A stretch of 64,000 nt of DNA from Candidatus Niyogibacteria bacterium CG10_big_fil_rev_8_21_14_0_10_46_36 (GCA_002772995.1 PFCO01000001.1:64244-128243), one strand, 5' to 3'; counted from the first letter of the stretch, positions 20,099 through 32,323 are shown. Made by a program: numbers and translations. The notes: generated from the sequence alone by a model not told the origin.

Positions 20099-20629
20099 TT
20101 AATCATATCGTTTTTTTGACTGTTCAAAAAATTTTTTTTGAAAATATGCAGCGACCTCCTCTTGATTGAATTCTTTCGTAATGCGCTTTGCTTTTGCTAT
20201 ATCGGCATACGGAACGCCGCGGATATAACTCATGAGCATATACTTCGTCATTGAGAACATCGGGCTCGGCAGCTCATCTACGGGAAACCAGCTCCATGCC
20301 TCGCACTTTTCCGGTTCCATTACGCAAGGCTCGCCCCCCTCCCAGTCCGCGACATACCCTAAATGCGTGTATTGCTTCGTCGGATCCTCATGGACATAGT
20401 GCGCTTCGTGCGCAAGACAAAAATAACACAAATGCCCTATCCGTAACGCATCTCCTGTTTCCTCTTTTAATTCGCGCGACACTGCATCTTCCCAAGATTC
20501 TCCCAGCTCAACCAAACCTCCCGGGAACGCCCATTCTCCCGCCCCGTGTGATCCTTTCCGCTTCCCCAAAAGAATGAGATCGCTTTTGAATATCATCACT
20601 CCGATACCGGTATATGGACCTCTCTGCAT
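20099..20629 (-). CDS. Nudix hydrolase
   Basis: Nudix box GGLVELGESWEDAVSRELKEETG. Confidence 0.85.
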   Translation of the reverse strand: MQRGPYTGIGVMIFKSDLILLGKRKGSHGAGEWAFPGGLVELGESWEDAVSRELKEETGDALRIGHLCYFCLAHEAHYVHEDPTKQYTHLGYVADWEGGEPCVMEPEKCEAWSWFPVDELPSPMFSMTKYMLMSYIRGVPYADIAKAKRITKEFNQEEVAAYFQKKFFEQSKKRYD

Positions 20630-20798
20630 AACTCTATGCCTCCTTGTAAATGAACATTTTATTGTAGAAAAAGTATACCCCGCTGGCAGTCTGATTGTCT
20701 AGTGGAAAAACTTTTATTGAAATAGATGCCCGCGATTGCGCGATTCTTTGTTTTTTCTGTACAAAATTTCGGCCGGGGTATATCATAAACCGTATATT

Positions 20799-21233
20799 AT
20801 GAAAGTACGAATCAAAAGGATTGATAAAACGCTCCCACTCCCTGTATACCAAACGACGGGAGCAGCTGCATTTGATCTCTACGCGCGCACTGATACCGTC
20901 GTGGAGCCGCAGTCTCTTGCGTATATTCCCACCAATCTGATCATCGAATCACCTCAAAATCATGTTCTTATTCTTGCCTCTCGGAGCAGCTCTCCCAAAA
21001 AGGGACTTTTGATACCGCACGGCATCGGTGTCATTGACTCCGACTATTGCGGAGATAGCGATGAGATCCTTTTCCAAGTGCTTAACTTTACCGATGCACC
21101 TGTCACCATACAACGCGGAGACCGTATCGGCCAGGGAATGTTCGTGAGGCTTTCGCGTGCGCTTTCGTGGGATGAGCAAGAATCCATGGATAAAAAAAGC
21201 AGGGGCGGATTTGGCAGCACCGGAACAGCATAA
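20799..21233 (+). CDS. dut: dUTP diphosphatase (dUTPase)
   Basis: MKVRIKRIDKTLPLPVYQTTGAAAFDLYA..., GIGVIDSDYCGD, C-terminal RGGFGSTG motif. Start placed at the internal ATG (20799). Confidence 0.9.
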   Translation: MKVRIKRIDKTLPLPVYQTTGAAAFDLYARTDTVVEPQSLAYIPTNLIIESPQNHVLILASRSSSPKKGLLIPHGIGVIDSDYCGDSDEILFQVLNFTDAPVTIQRGDRIGQGMFVRLSRALSWDEQESMDKKSRGGFGSTGTA

Positions 21234-21235
21234 AA

Positions 21236-21262
21236 ACCGATGCGTATGCATCGGTTTTTTCG
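21236..21262. terminator. Bidirectional intrinsic terminator between convergent dut and dCMP deaminase
   Basis: aaaaccgatgcgtatgcatcggtttttt. Confidence 0.7.
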
Positions 21263-21264
21263 TA

Positions 21265-21849
21265 TTATGTTTTTTTTGTGCGCAGTCCCGCGTCCCTCTT
21301 TGGCAAAGCGCCGTCAAGCGGCACTTTGGTCACTTTGAGCCGGTAATTTTCTCTATGTAATATGCCGCCCTTGTTTGTCATATCATCAAATAACTGCTGG
21401 AAGAGTTGCTGATAATCGACATAGCGCTGCTCAAAGACAATATCTTTTCTTTTCAGCTCACTCATGAACTCTTTTCCTTTCGCGTTGTCATACTCGCCGT
21501 AACAAATAATCTTTTTTATTCCTACCGAAATAAGTGTCCGTAAGCATCGGATGCATGGCGTACCTACTATCATAACCGTTGCCCCTTCAAGCTGTTTCGG
21601 GTCGGTATTGAACACAGCATTCTCTTCGCTATGGTTGGTGCGCTCACAATGACCGTCAATCATAAGATGGCCCGCTTCGTCACAATGCGGCTCTCCGGGA
21701 AGCGACCCATTGTACCCAACTCCGACGATACGCTTGTTTTTTATTATGCCGCTTGCAATATGGAACCGATCGCAAGTCGACATAGGAGTATGGCATAAAA
21801 TAGAACACAAAAATACCCGCTCACGCTTTTCATCCCGTTCCTTGCTCAT
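21265..21849 (-). CDS. dCMP deaminase (cytidine/deoxycytidylate deaminase family)
   Basis: HSEENA (H[AS]E) and PCIRC (PCxxC) zinc-binding motifs. Start placed at MSKERDEK; track ORF extends to 21912. Confidence 0.8.
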   Translation of the reverse strand: MSKERDEKRERVFLCSILCHTPMSTCDRFHIASGIIKNKRIVGVGYNGSLPGEPHCDEAGHLMIDGHCERTNHSEENAVFNTDPKQLEGATVMIVGTPCIRCLRTLISVGIKKIICYGEYDNAKGKEFMSELKRKDIVFEQRYVDYQQLFQQLFDDMTNKGGILHRENYRLKVTKVPLDGALPKRDAGLRTKKT

Positions 21850-21902
21850 GATATATGTCTCCTTTTGAATGTACTGCACCGTTATTGTATGTATTTCGGA
21901 AC

Positions 21903-21932
21903 AAAAAAACAACCCCGCCGTAAGCGGGGTTG
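21903..21932 (-). terminator. Intrinsic terminator downstream of rplK
   Basis: Minus strand: caaccccgc-ttacg-gcggggttg followed by TTTTTTT. Confidence 0.7.
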
Positions 21933-21953
21933 TCCAATGTAATAGAACGTTGA

Positions 21954-22379
21954 TTACTTTACCTCTATGCCCATGGAACGCGCTGTGCCTTCTATGATTT
22001 TTGCCGCCTCGTCTACATCGTAAGCATTCAGGTCTTCCATTTTTGTTTCTGCAATTTCGCGCGCTTGTGCTTTGGTTATTTTCCCCACTTTTGTAGTAAG
22101 CGGGTTTGCCGCTCCCTTTTCAACACCTGCTGCTTTTTTGATAAGAAATGCTGCAGGCGATGTTTTTAGCTTAAAGTCAAAGCTGCGGTCTTCGTAAATA
22201 GTGAGCTCCGCCGGGATGATATCTCCAGCCCGGTCCTTGGTTGCATCATTGAACTTTGAACAAAATTCTCCGATGTTTATTCCATGCGGACCAAGCGCCG
22301 TTCCTACCGGAGGCGCAGGCGTAGCTTTCCCCGCGGGAAGCTGCAATTTTACGATGGATTTTATCTTTTTTGTTGCCAT
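21954..22379 (-). CDS. rplK: 50S ribosomal protein L11
   Basis: [44 protein letters not shown]... Confidence 0.95.
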   Translation of the reverse strand: MATKKIKSIVKLQLPAGKATPAPPVGTALGPHGINIGEFCSKFNDATKDRAGDIIPAELTIYEDRSFDFKLKTSPAAFLIKKAAGVEKGAANPLTTKVGKITKAQAREIAETKMEDLNAYDVDEAAKIIEGTARSMGIEVK

Positions 22380-22392
22380 AATAATATTGAAA

Positions 22393-22938
22393 TTATAGTT
22401 TCTTCATCTGAAGAATGTCAATCTCTACCGGTGTTTCGCGCCCGAACATACCAACAAGCACTTTTACCTTACCCCGCTCCTCATCAATTTCTGAAATTTT
22501 CCCTTCAAATTCTTTGAACGGACCGTCGGTAATACGGACTGGGTCACCGATAGAAACATCAATCTTAAATTTCGGTTCCTCAACGCCCATGCGCTTAAAG
22601 AGACCGTCTACTTCGTTCTTTGAAAGCGGTGTCGGCGTTGTGCCTGACCCGACGAACCCCGTCACGCGGGGAGTGTTCCGTACCACGTACCACGAATCAT
22701 CCGTTACCACCATTTCTACAAGAACATACCCGGGATATATTTTTTCTTCAACAATATGACGCTTACCGCCTTTTATTTTTATCTTTTTTTCCGTCGGGAC
22801 AAGAACGCTGAAGATTTTATCTTCCATGCCGAGCGACTCAATGCGCTGCTTGAGATTCCGAACAACCGCAGCTTCATATCCGGAATATGTATGAATTGCG
22901 TACCAATTCCTTCCCTGTTCTAACTGCTGTTTTCCCAT
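22393..22938 (-). CDS. nusG: Transcription termination/antitermination factor NusG
   Basis: NGN domain [11 protein letters not shown]..., KOW motif [22 protein letters not shown]. Confidence 0.95.
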   Translation of the reverse strand: MGKQQLEQGRNWYAIHTYSGYEAAVVRNLKQRIESLGMEDKIFSVLVPTEKKIKIKGGKRHIVEEKIYPGYVLVEMVVTDDSWYVVRNTPRVTGFVGSGTTPTPLSKNEVDGLFKRMGVEEPKFKIDVSIGDPVRITDGPFKEFEGKISEIDEERGKVKVLVGMFGRETPVEIDILQMKKL

Positions 22939-22941
22939 ATG

Positions 22942-23124
22942 TTACAAAAGCACCTCAAGGATAGATGTAAACGCAAAGTCCAGCACGCCCAAGAAAAGCG
23001 CAATCGCAATAGAAATGCCAATCACAAGAATAGTGTACCGGGTGGTCTCTGCGCGCGTCGGCCAAGTGACCTGCTTTAATTCAAGACGCGAACCTTTTAC
23101 GTAATCAACAAGTTTTTGAATCAT
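22942..23124 (-). CDS. secE: Preprotein translocase subunit SecE (60 aa)
   Basis: Single C-terminal TM helix; conserved position upstream of nusG. Confidence 0.85.
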   Translation of the reverse strand: MIQKLVDYVKGSRLELKQVTWPTRAETTRYTILVIGISIAIALFLGVLDFAFTSILEVLL

Positions 23125-23137
23125 AATGTCATCTATC

Positions 23138-23163
23138 TTAAAAAGCCCCGCAGGGGCTTTTTA
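23138..23163. terminator. Intrinsic terminator downstream of gyrB
   Basis: aaaaa-gcccc-gca-ggggc-ttttt. Confidence 0.65.
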
Positions 23164-23215
23164 TGTTCAATAATATCTACAGTATAAAGAAAAGGATGAA
23201 TTCTGTCAACGAACA

Positions 23216-26511
<3,296 letters not shown>

Positions 26512-26574
26512 GATACGCTAAGTATAGCCGAAAACAGGCCACTTGGAAAGCCTAAAAGGTGGAAAAATATATCA

Positions 26575-26604
26575 AAAAAAGGGCCTTACTAAGCCCTTTT
26601 TATA
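26575..26604. terminator. Terminator-like hairpin downstream of pyrH
   Basis: aaaaaaa-gggccttactaagccc-ttttt (stem with one bulge). Confidence 0.45.
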
Positions 26605-26611
26605 GTCATTG

Positions 26612-27433
26612 TTAGAAAATTATCCGCGAGCCTATCTTCTCCCCCAAGAGAAGCCGTTTAAGATTGCCTTGCGTAAAAATATTAAAGACATGCGCAGGCT
26701 TCTTGAAACGGTTTAAAGAAAGCATCACTTCTTCAACTATCTCAAGCTCCTTATTCTTAACATCACGATAATCTATCTCCGGAAAGAAATGTGCGTCTTT
26801 ATGAAGTACCGGATCGCTATCGTAAATACCATCCACCTTAGTCCCCTTCAGTATGGCATCTGCCTTAATATCAACCGCGAGAAGCATCGCCGTTGAATCG
26901 GTAGTGAAGTTGGGACGCCCGCTTCCCCCGACCTGTATCACTATACGCCCTTTTTCAAGGTGGCGACGCGCCCGCTTATGGAAATACGGCTCCGCAATAT
27001 TTTTTGCCTCTATCGCACTCATAAGCCGCGGCGTTAAGCCGTACCCCTCCAACACATCGCCGAGCAGCACTCCGTTCATTATTGTCGCAAGCATGCCGAT
27101 ATAATCAGCGCTTGCATGGTCAAGGAAACGATCGTTCTCGCGTGAACGCCCTCTTAGTATATTGCCGCCGCCGAGCACAACCCCAATCTCTACCCCTAAG
27201 TCATGCGCTTCTTTTATTTCTTGCGCCGCAATTTCTGCGCGCGTTTCGCTTAAATTGCTTTCATCGTCACGGAATATCTCGCCTGTTAGCTTCAAAATAA
27301 TCCGTTTGTATATCGGCTCGCTTTTCAATATGCTCCCTCCTTGTGTAAAAATATCTCTGCCAACGATATGAAAAACCAACTCACTTGTCAAATAAAAACC
27401 CCGCACACAGCGAGGCTTTTTATTTGGGTCCAA
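26612..27433 (-). CDS. pyrH: UMP kinase
   Basis: KRIILKLTGEIF, GVVLGGGNILRG. Confidence 0.9.
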   Translation of the reverse strand: MDPNKKPRCVRGFYLTSELVFHIVGRDIFTQGGSILKSEPIYKRIILKLTGEIFRDDESNLSETRAEIAAQEIKEAHDLGVEIGVVLGGGNILRGRSRENDRFLDHASADYIGMLATIMNGVLLGDVLEGYGLTPRLMSAIEAKNIAEPYFHKRARRHLEKGRIVIQVGGSGRPNFTTDSTAMLLAVDIKADAILKGTKVDGIYDSDPVLHKDAHFFPEIDYRDVKNKELEIVEEVMLSLNRFKKPAHVFNIFTQGNLKRLLLGEKIGSRIIF

Positions 27434-27440
27434 ATGTATG

Positions 27441-28967
27441 TTATCGCTTTACTAGCGTAACTTTTACCGAAACGGTCGGACTAACATTATCTCGAAAACG
27501 CATATTTGCGGGTAAAATAAGCCGTGAAGAGAATGTTTTTGTCGCATCGAGCCCGTCTACGCTGATAGGCTGAGTAATAATGAATTCAGGGGGCACTATG
27601 CCCTCAGGGACTAACACGCCTACGCGGTCAGGCGTTATGGTTATTGAACTTATACGGTAACCGCTTGCTACAGTACCTTGGGTGTCTGTGCGCACCGAAA
27701 CATCAAAAGAATTGAATTTTTTCACCTGGACGGTTATCTGCGAAGGAACTACCTCAACCACCGAAAAGCTCGCTGGATGGATAATCATATCTTCGCTTAA
27801 CACAATAACATTACGCCCCTCCGAAAAATTTTTTGCGTCGACTGCAATCTCTATAAGCCGTTCGTCAATGCGCTCAAACGCAAGCTGGCCACGGCTTACA
27901 AAAGTAACAGTGACTTCGCGCGGTTCGGACTCCTGAATAAAGAGACGCTCCGGCAAATTACGGTACACGATGGGCAACGAGAAACTCCGCTGAACCGTTT
28001 CTGCCTGGAAAGAAAAGAAGAACCATATAACAAGCGCGCTCCCCACTGCAAGCAATTTAAGATACGAGTTGTGTTTTATAAAATCAGTCCACATAGAACC
28101 TACCGGACCTTGCGCCATATCTTTATAAAATTTTTTCAAAGATGATTCGAGTTCCTCAACGCTGCCAAGCTCCTTTAGTTTTCCGTTATGCGCAACGGAT
28201 ATCGTTCCGCGTTCCTCTGAAACAGATACCGCCAGAGCGTCCGTATGTTCGGCAATACCCAATGCTGCACTATGACGAGTCCCCCGCTTTCCTATCTGCT
28301 TAAAATTTGACGAGAGCGGCAAGTGTGCGCCAAGCCGTGCAATACGGTTTTTGCTAATAATTACCGCACCATCATGCCCGATAGAATGCGGATCAAAAAT
28401 GCTCTCTAAAAGCTCTTCGGAAATAAGACCGTCAATGCGCTTCCCTCCATCAAGAAAACGCTCGATATTTTCATTCCCCGGGAATACAATGAGCGCTCCC
28501 CGTTTTTCTTTTGCAAGCTTTGCCACGGCCTGCAATATTTCATTAACATCAAATGGGAAGATGGAGGTTTCCTGTTTGAGCTTAAACTGCCGCGTATTCC
28601 AGAAAGAAATGAACTCAAAAAATCGCCGGAGCTCCTGATTGAAAATAATGACAAGCACAACAATAAACACCGCAAAGAATGATTGCAGCACCAGCGAAGT
28701 GAGATACAGATGGAACGCCTGGGCAAGCGAATAAATGATAACCAAAATACCGATGCCGGCAAGAATTGGCCAAGAGTGCGTCCGCTTAAATAAGATGATT
28801 ATAATGTACAAAAAAAGCGCGATTATGAGCACGTCAAAAACATCAACAATACGGACATTGCTAAAAAATCCGTCTATTGAATACAAAGTAGCGAGTAATT
28901 CCTGCATATATGTATCATAACAAAAAGCCTGAAAGAGAAAAAATCCGCTCTTCACGGATTCTCCCAA
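27441..28967 (-). CDS. cdaA: Diadenylate cyclase CdaA fused to CdaR/YbbR-domain regulator, 508 aa
   Basis: Three N-terminal TM helices; DAC-domain motifs HDGAVIIS, GTRHSAALG, SEERGTIS; then a fourth TM segment and ~230 aa resembling YbbR-type beta-rich repeats. Confidence 0.8.
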   Translation of the reverse strand: MGESVKSGFFLFQAFCYDTYMQELLATLYSIDGFFSNVRIVDVFDVLIIALFLYIIIILFKRTHSWPILAGIGILVIIYSLAQAFHLYLTSLVLQSFFAVFIVVLVIIFNQELRRFFEFISFWNTRQFKLKQETSIFPFDVNEILQAVAKLAKEKRGALIVFPGNENIERFLDGGKRIDGLISEELLESIFDPHSIGHDGAVIISKNRIARLGAHLPLSSNFKQIGKRGTRHSAALGIAEHTDALAVSVSEERGTISVAHNGKLKELGSVEELESSLKKFYKDMAQGPVGSMWTDFIKHNSYLKLLAVGSALVIWFFFSFQAETVQRSFSLPIVYRNLPERLFIQESEPREVTVTFVSRGQLAFERIDERLIEIAVDAKNFSEGRNVIVLSEDMIIHPASFSVVEVVPSQITVQVKKFNSFDVSVRTDTQGTVASGYRISSITITPDRVGVLVPEGIVPPEFIITQPISVDGLDATKTFSSRLILPANMRFRDNVSPTVSVKVTLVKR

Positions 28968-28990
28968 AACCCTTCCGATGTTTATCTCCC

Positions 28991-29377
28991 TTATGGAGTA
29001 GCAAGCTGGCCGTCTATCTGTTCGAGCATTGCCTTTAGGTCGACATCAGCTTTTATAATGTACCCCCTTGCTCCCAGCGCCAGAGCTTCCGCAATTTTTT
29101 CCATATCTGACATCTGAGATAAAATAATCACCGACAAAGCACTCAGCTCCGGGTCTTGTTTCATCTTTTGCATAACGCCAACACCGGACAAATCCGGCAT
29201 CATGAGGTCAAGCAGAATGAGGTCGGGCTTTAGCTCCTTCGCTTTCGTGATACCTTTCTCCCCACTTGACGCAAGCTCTACCTGATAGGATGCATTGTGT
29301 TCTTTTAGAGCATCTGCAAGAACACGGCTCAGCGCTATATCGTCATCTATAATAAGAATTTTCTTTTGATACTCCAT
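28991..29377 (-). CDS. Stand-alone response-regulator receiver protein (CheY-like), 128 aa
   Basis: DDD acidic pocket (IIDDDIA), phospho-acceptor Asp in LILLDLMMPD, Lys in GARGYIIKAD. Confidence 0.85.
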   Translation of the reverse strand: MEYQKKILIIDDDIALSRVLADALKEHNASYQVELASSGEKGITKAKELKPDLILLDLMMPDLSGVGVMQKMKQDPELSALSVIILSQMSDMEKIAEALALGARGYIIKADVDLKAMLEQIDGQLATP

Positions 29378-29387
29378 AATGGCATTA

Positions 29388-29753
29388 TTACGTTACTATT
29401 TTTTTGATACGCTCGGTCAGCGATTCTAAATTAAAATTCGCTTTTACTAAATAATCCTCAGCACCTATACGCTTCGCTTTTTCAATATGATCCCCCTCTC
29501 CGAACTGTGAAAGCATAAACACAGGAATGTCCTTTGTTTTGGGATCTTCTTTAATATGCGTTAAAAGCTCAAGACCATTCATCGGCTGCATCATAAAATC
29601 AAGAACAACTACATCAACATGCGTTTTTGCCAGATACTCAAGCGCCGCGGCACCACTTGTGCGCGTCACCACCTCAAAACCGCGTCCCTCAAACCAATCG
29701 GAGAGCACAGCTAAAAATGTTTTGTCATCATCAACGAGAAGAATTTTCGCCAT
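29388..29753 (-). CDS. Stand-alone response-regulator receiver protein, 121 aa
   Basis: LLVDDDK, VVVLDFMMQP, GAEDYLVKAN. Confidence 0.85.
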   Translation of the reverse strand: MAKILLVDDDKTFLAVLSDWFEGRGFEVVTRTSGAAALEYLAKTHVDVVVLDFMMQPMNGLELLTHIKEDPKTKDIPVFMLSQFGEGDHIEKAKRIGAEDYLVKANFNLESLTERIKKIVT

Positions 29754-29756
29754 AGA

Positions 29757-30155
29757 CTATGATTTCTTTTCTCCCTCCGAAAGAATCGTTTCTATCTGGC
29801 TTATCATGCTCTCGAGACTAAAATCAGATTTTACCAGATACCCCTTAATACCGAGGCTCATTGTTTCAGATATCTTTTCGTAATCCGAAAGCTGGGAAAC
29901 AATAAGCACCGCCGTTGCTTTTATATCTTCGTGCTCCCGAAGCTTCTTTAAAAAATCTTCTCCCCGCATTTTGGGAAGTACGAGATCAAGCAAAATAAGG
30001 TCGGGTTTTTCTTGAGTCGCTTTTGTGAGCCCCTCTTCGCCGTCAACAGCAGTTATGATTTGGGTGAACCCATGTTGTGACAATCCGTCTTCAAGCACCT
30101 TTACAAAATTTGCATCATCTTCTACGATAAGGATCCTTTTTGTGTTCTTGTCCAT
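29757..30155 (-). CDS. Stand-alone response-regulator receiver protein, 132 aa
   Basis: LIVEDDA, LILLDLVLP, GIKGYLVKSD. Confidence 0.85.
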   Translation of the reverse strand: MDKNTKRILIVEDDANFVKVLEDGLSQHGFTQIITAVDGEEGLTKATQEKPDLILLDLVLPKMRGEDFLKKLREHEDIKATAVLIVSQLSDYEKISETMSLGIKGYLVKSDFSLESMISQIETILSEGEKKS

Positions 30156-30175
30156 ATCCCATCACTATATCATTA

Positions 30176-31048
30176 TTAAAACGGAACGGTAAAGAAAAAT
30201 GTCGTCCCTTTATTTTCTTCGGAGCCCGCTCCAATAGTCCCTCCTGTATGGCGCACTAAATGGCGCGCTATCAAAAGGCTGATGCCATGTGCTCTTTTTA
30301 TTTTTTCAAGAAATGTCTCTCCCATTCCCTCATATTTCTTAAAAAGCAGCGGGAGGGTCTCCGTGGGTATGCCGACATCGCTATGCGTGATCACAACAAC
30401 CACTGCGTCGGCGTCTTCTCCTCCCTCGCTATACGTCGGCGGATACCATGTTATATTGTTGCGCTTCGCCTCCTTTGTTATGTCACCTCCCTTCGTGTGA
30501 CGAAACACATTTAGGACAATCTTCCCTCCTGGTTCATTAAACTTTATCGCGTTGGAAAGAAGAATGTTGATTGTGTCTGACACAACCCTTCCATCAAATG
30601 CAATGGAGGCAGGGACTTCTTTCCCAAAAGACATACGCACAGTAAGTCCTGCGTTCTTTATCGCAAGCGAAAAAAATGAAAGACGATCTTTGATAAGCTG
30701 TGTAATATCGCCATCTATTTTTTTGACCACCAATGTCCCCGCACCCAGCTTTGCCGCGTCAGAAATATTATTTATCAATACAAGCATTGCTAATGCGCTG
30801 TCGTGGATAAGCCCGGTGTACTGTGTCTTGCGCTCCTCTGTCATGGTACGAGAAGAAAGCATCAGCTCGCTCATCTTCTGTACATTGTCCAGTGGTCCCC
30901 TCAAATCATGCACCAAGAGAGATACGAGCTCCTGAAGAACTTTTTTGCTTCTTTCAGAAACAGCGCTTGCTTTTCTGCGCCAATACCATGCAGATATAAC
31001 AAGAAGAATGATGCATGCTATGAGAATGCCGTATACGAAAAAATCCAT
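30176..31048 (-). CDS. Sensor histidine kinase (single TM, HisKA + HATPase_c), 290 aa
   Basis: H-box LVHDLRGPL, N-box ILLSNAIKFNEPGG, G-boxes; one N-terminal TM helix and no sizeable sensor domain. Confidence 0.85.
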   Translation of the reverse strand: MDFFVYGILIACIILLVISAWYWRRKASAVSERSKKVLQELVSLLVHDLRGPLDNVQKMSELMLSSRTMTEERKTQYTGLIHDSALAMLVLINNISDAAKLGAGTLVVKKIDGDITQLIKDRLSFFSLAIKNAGLTVRMSFGKEVPASIAFDGRVVSDTINILLSNAIKFNEPGGKIVLNVFRHTKGGDITKEAKRNNITWYPPTYSEGGEDADAVVVVITHSDVGIPTETLPLLFKKYEGMGETFLEKIKRAHGISLLIARHLVRHTGGTIGAGSEENKGTTFFFTVPF

Positions 31049-31093
31049 GCGTTTAGTATAGCACTTTTTGTATCTAAGGAATGTGGAAAAACA

Positions 31094-31127
31094 AACAAAC
31101 CGCCGGTACGGCGGTTTGTTTGTTTTA
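31094..31127. terminator. Intrinsic terminator downstream of the tRNA pair
   Basis: aaacaaaccgccg-gtac-ggcggtttgtttgtttt. Confidence 0.65.
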
Positions 31128-31131
31128 TGAG

Positions 31132-31206
31132 CGGGCGCGACCGGATTTGAACCGGCGATCTTCTCCGTGACAGGGAGACGTGTTAACCGGGCTACACCAC
31201 GCGCCC
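31132..31206 (-). tRNA. tRNA-Asp (anticodon GTC)
   Basis: Manual fold: acceptor GGGCGCG/CGCGCCC, D-arm, anticodon stem TCTCC/GGAGA with loop cTGTCac, T-arm GCCGG-TTCAAAT-CCGGT. CCA not encoded. Confidence 0.85.
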
Positions 31207-31234
31207 ATATATAGATGCAAGCTATGCACCATTG

Positions 31235-31308
31235 TGCCGGGGGTGGGATTCGAACCCACGACCTAGGGCTTATGAGTCCCTCGCTCTAACCAACTGAGCC
31301 ACCCCGAC
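31235..31308 (-). tRNA. tRNA with CAT anticodon (elongator Met or Ile2-lysidine type)
   Basis: Acceptor GTCGGGG/CCCCGGC (G1-C72 paired, so not initiator), T-arm GTGGG-TTCGAAT-CCCAC, anticodon loop cTCATaa. A31:G39 mismatch in the anticodon stem. Confidence 0.8.
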
Positions 31309-31402
31309 AATACACAAAACACTAGTCTATTGTTAAAAATATACCCTGTTTTTTATTTTTTTTCAAGAAGGGCGGGGCGCATGCGCAATCTTTTTTAGAG
31401 CG

Positions 31403-32323
31403 TCAAAGCCAGCGCTTATATACAAAAATACCGAAGAGACAAGCCGATATTACGCTTGTGATACTAACAATTATCCAAAATGCATGGTCCGACGCAGCAA
31501 GCGGAAGGCGGACATTCATACCATAAAAGCTGGCGATGATCATGGGCACGGTAAGGACAATGGTGAGCACGGTCAGCACTTTTATAATACGGTTCAGATT
31601 GTTCGTCATAATAGTAGAATAAGCACCCCGGATATTTACTATCAATTTTATGTTTGACGAACAGAGCTTTACCAGCTGATCATTGCTCAGCATAAAGTCT
31701 TCTATCAAGTCCTTATCTTCTTCATATAATGTAAGCGACTTCCCATGAAGCAAGGTGCGCAGACTGTCATTGATCGGGACAAGAGCCGATATAAAATCAT
31801 TCAAGATGTGCTCAAATGTCACAAATTGGATAATATCTTTGTTGTCTATCCGGTCAATGCTCACGCTCGTCCCCCGTATTTTTCTGCTGATATTATTCAA
31901 AAAACGATGATAAGCGTTGTTCACTTCAGATAATATCTGGAGCACTAATTTTGTTTTTTGGGTTGTGGAGAACTCTATTCTTTCATCTCTAAACTTCTCA
32001 AAAATGGGCAGATATTGCTCTGCAAGCGTGAGCACAAAATCTGTTCCAATCGCGATAAGAAGCGGCGCGGTGCTCGCTCTCCCTTCTACTTCATATGGTA
32101 CACGGATAAAAATATAGATTATAGAATCTTCAATCTCTAAACGAGGTACCTCATACGGATCCATGGCATCCTGCAAAAGCCCGATATCAAACGCATACGC
32201 GTCCGCAAGACGCTCCAGCTCTTCAGAAGTCGGCTTTTCTGCGTACAGCCAGGAACCCGCTCTGAATTCGTTGAGCGCTTTTATACTCTTATCTTTGAGT
32301 GCTTTGTGGTATATCGTAACCAT
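31403..32323 (-). CDS. corA: CorA-family Mg2+/Co2+ transporter
   Basis: C-terminal two TM helices with signature YGMNVRLP (GMN motif). Confidence 0.85.
   Translation of the reverse strand: MVTIYHKALKDKSIKALNEFRAGSWLYAEKPTSEELERLADAYAFDIGLLQDAMDPYEVPRLEIEDSIIYIFIRVPYEVEGRASTAPLLIAIGTDFVLTLAEQYLPIFEKFRDERIEFSTTQKTKLVLQILSEVNNAYHRFLNNISRKIRGTSVSIDRIDNKDIIQFVTFEHILNDFISALVPINDSLRTLLHGKSLTLYEEDKDLIEDFMLSNDQLVKLCSSNIKLIVNIRGAYSTIMTNNLNRIIKVLTVLTIVLTVPMIIASFYGMNVRLPLAASDHAFWIIVSITSVISACLFGIFVYKRWL

Noticed and set aside
20634-20852. 72-aa minus-strand ORF in the nudix-dut divergent intergenic region
   Set aside because: It overlaps the dut start and promoter region, has no SD and an unremarkable sequence; more likely the divergent promoter region.
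31131-31308. Possible CCA 3' ends or a third tRNA in the tRNA cluster
   Set aside because: The sequences following both discriminator bases are not CCA, and the 28-nt spacer between the two tRNAs is too short for another tRNA.
31309-31402. Terminator for corA (palindrome GCGCATGCGC near 31360)
   Set aside because: The palindrome is short, and the adjacent T-tract geometry does not give a convincing stem-plus-U-run on either strand.
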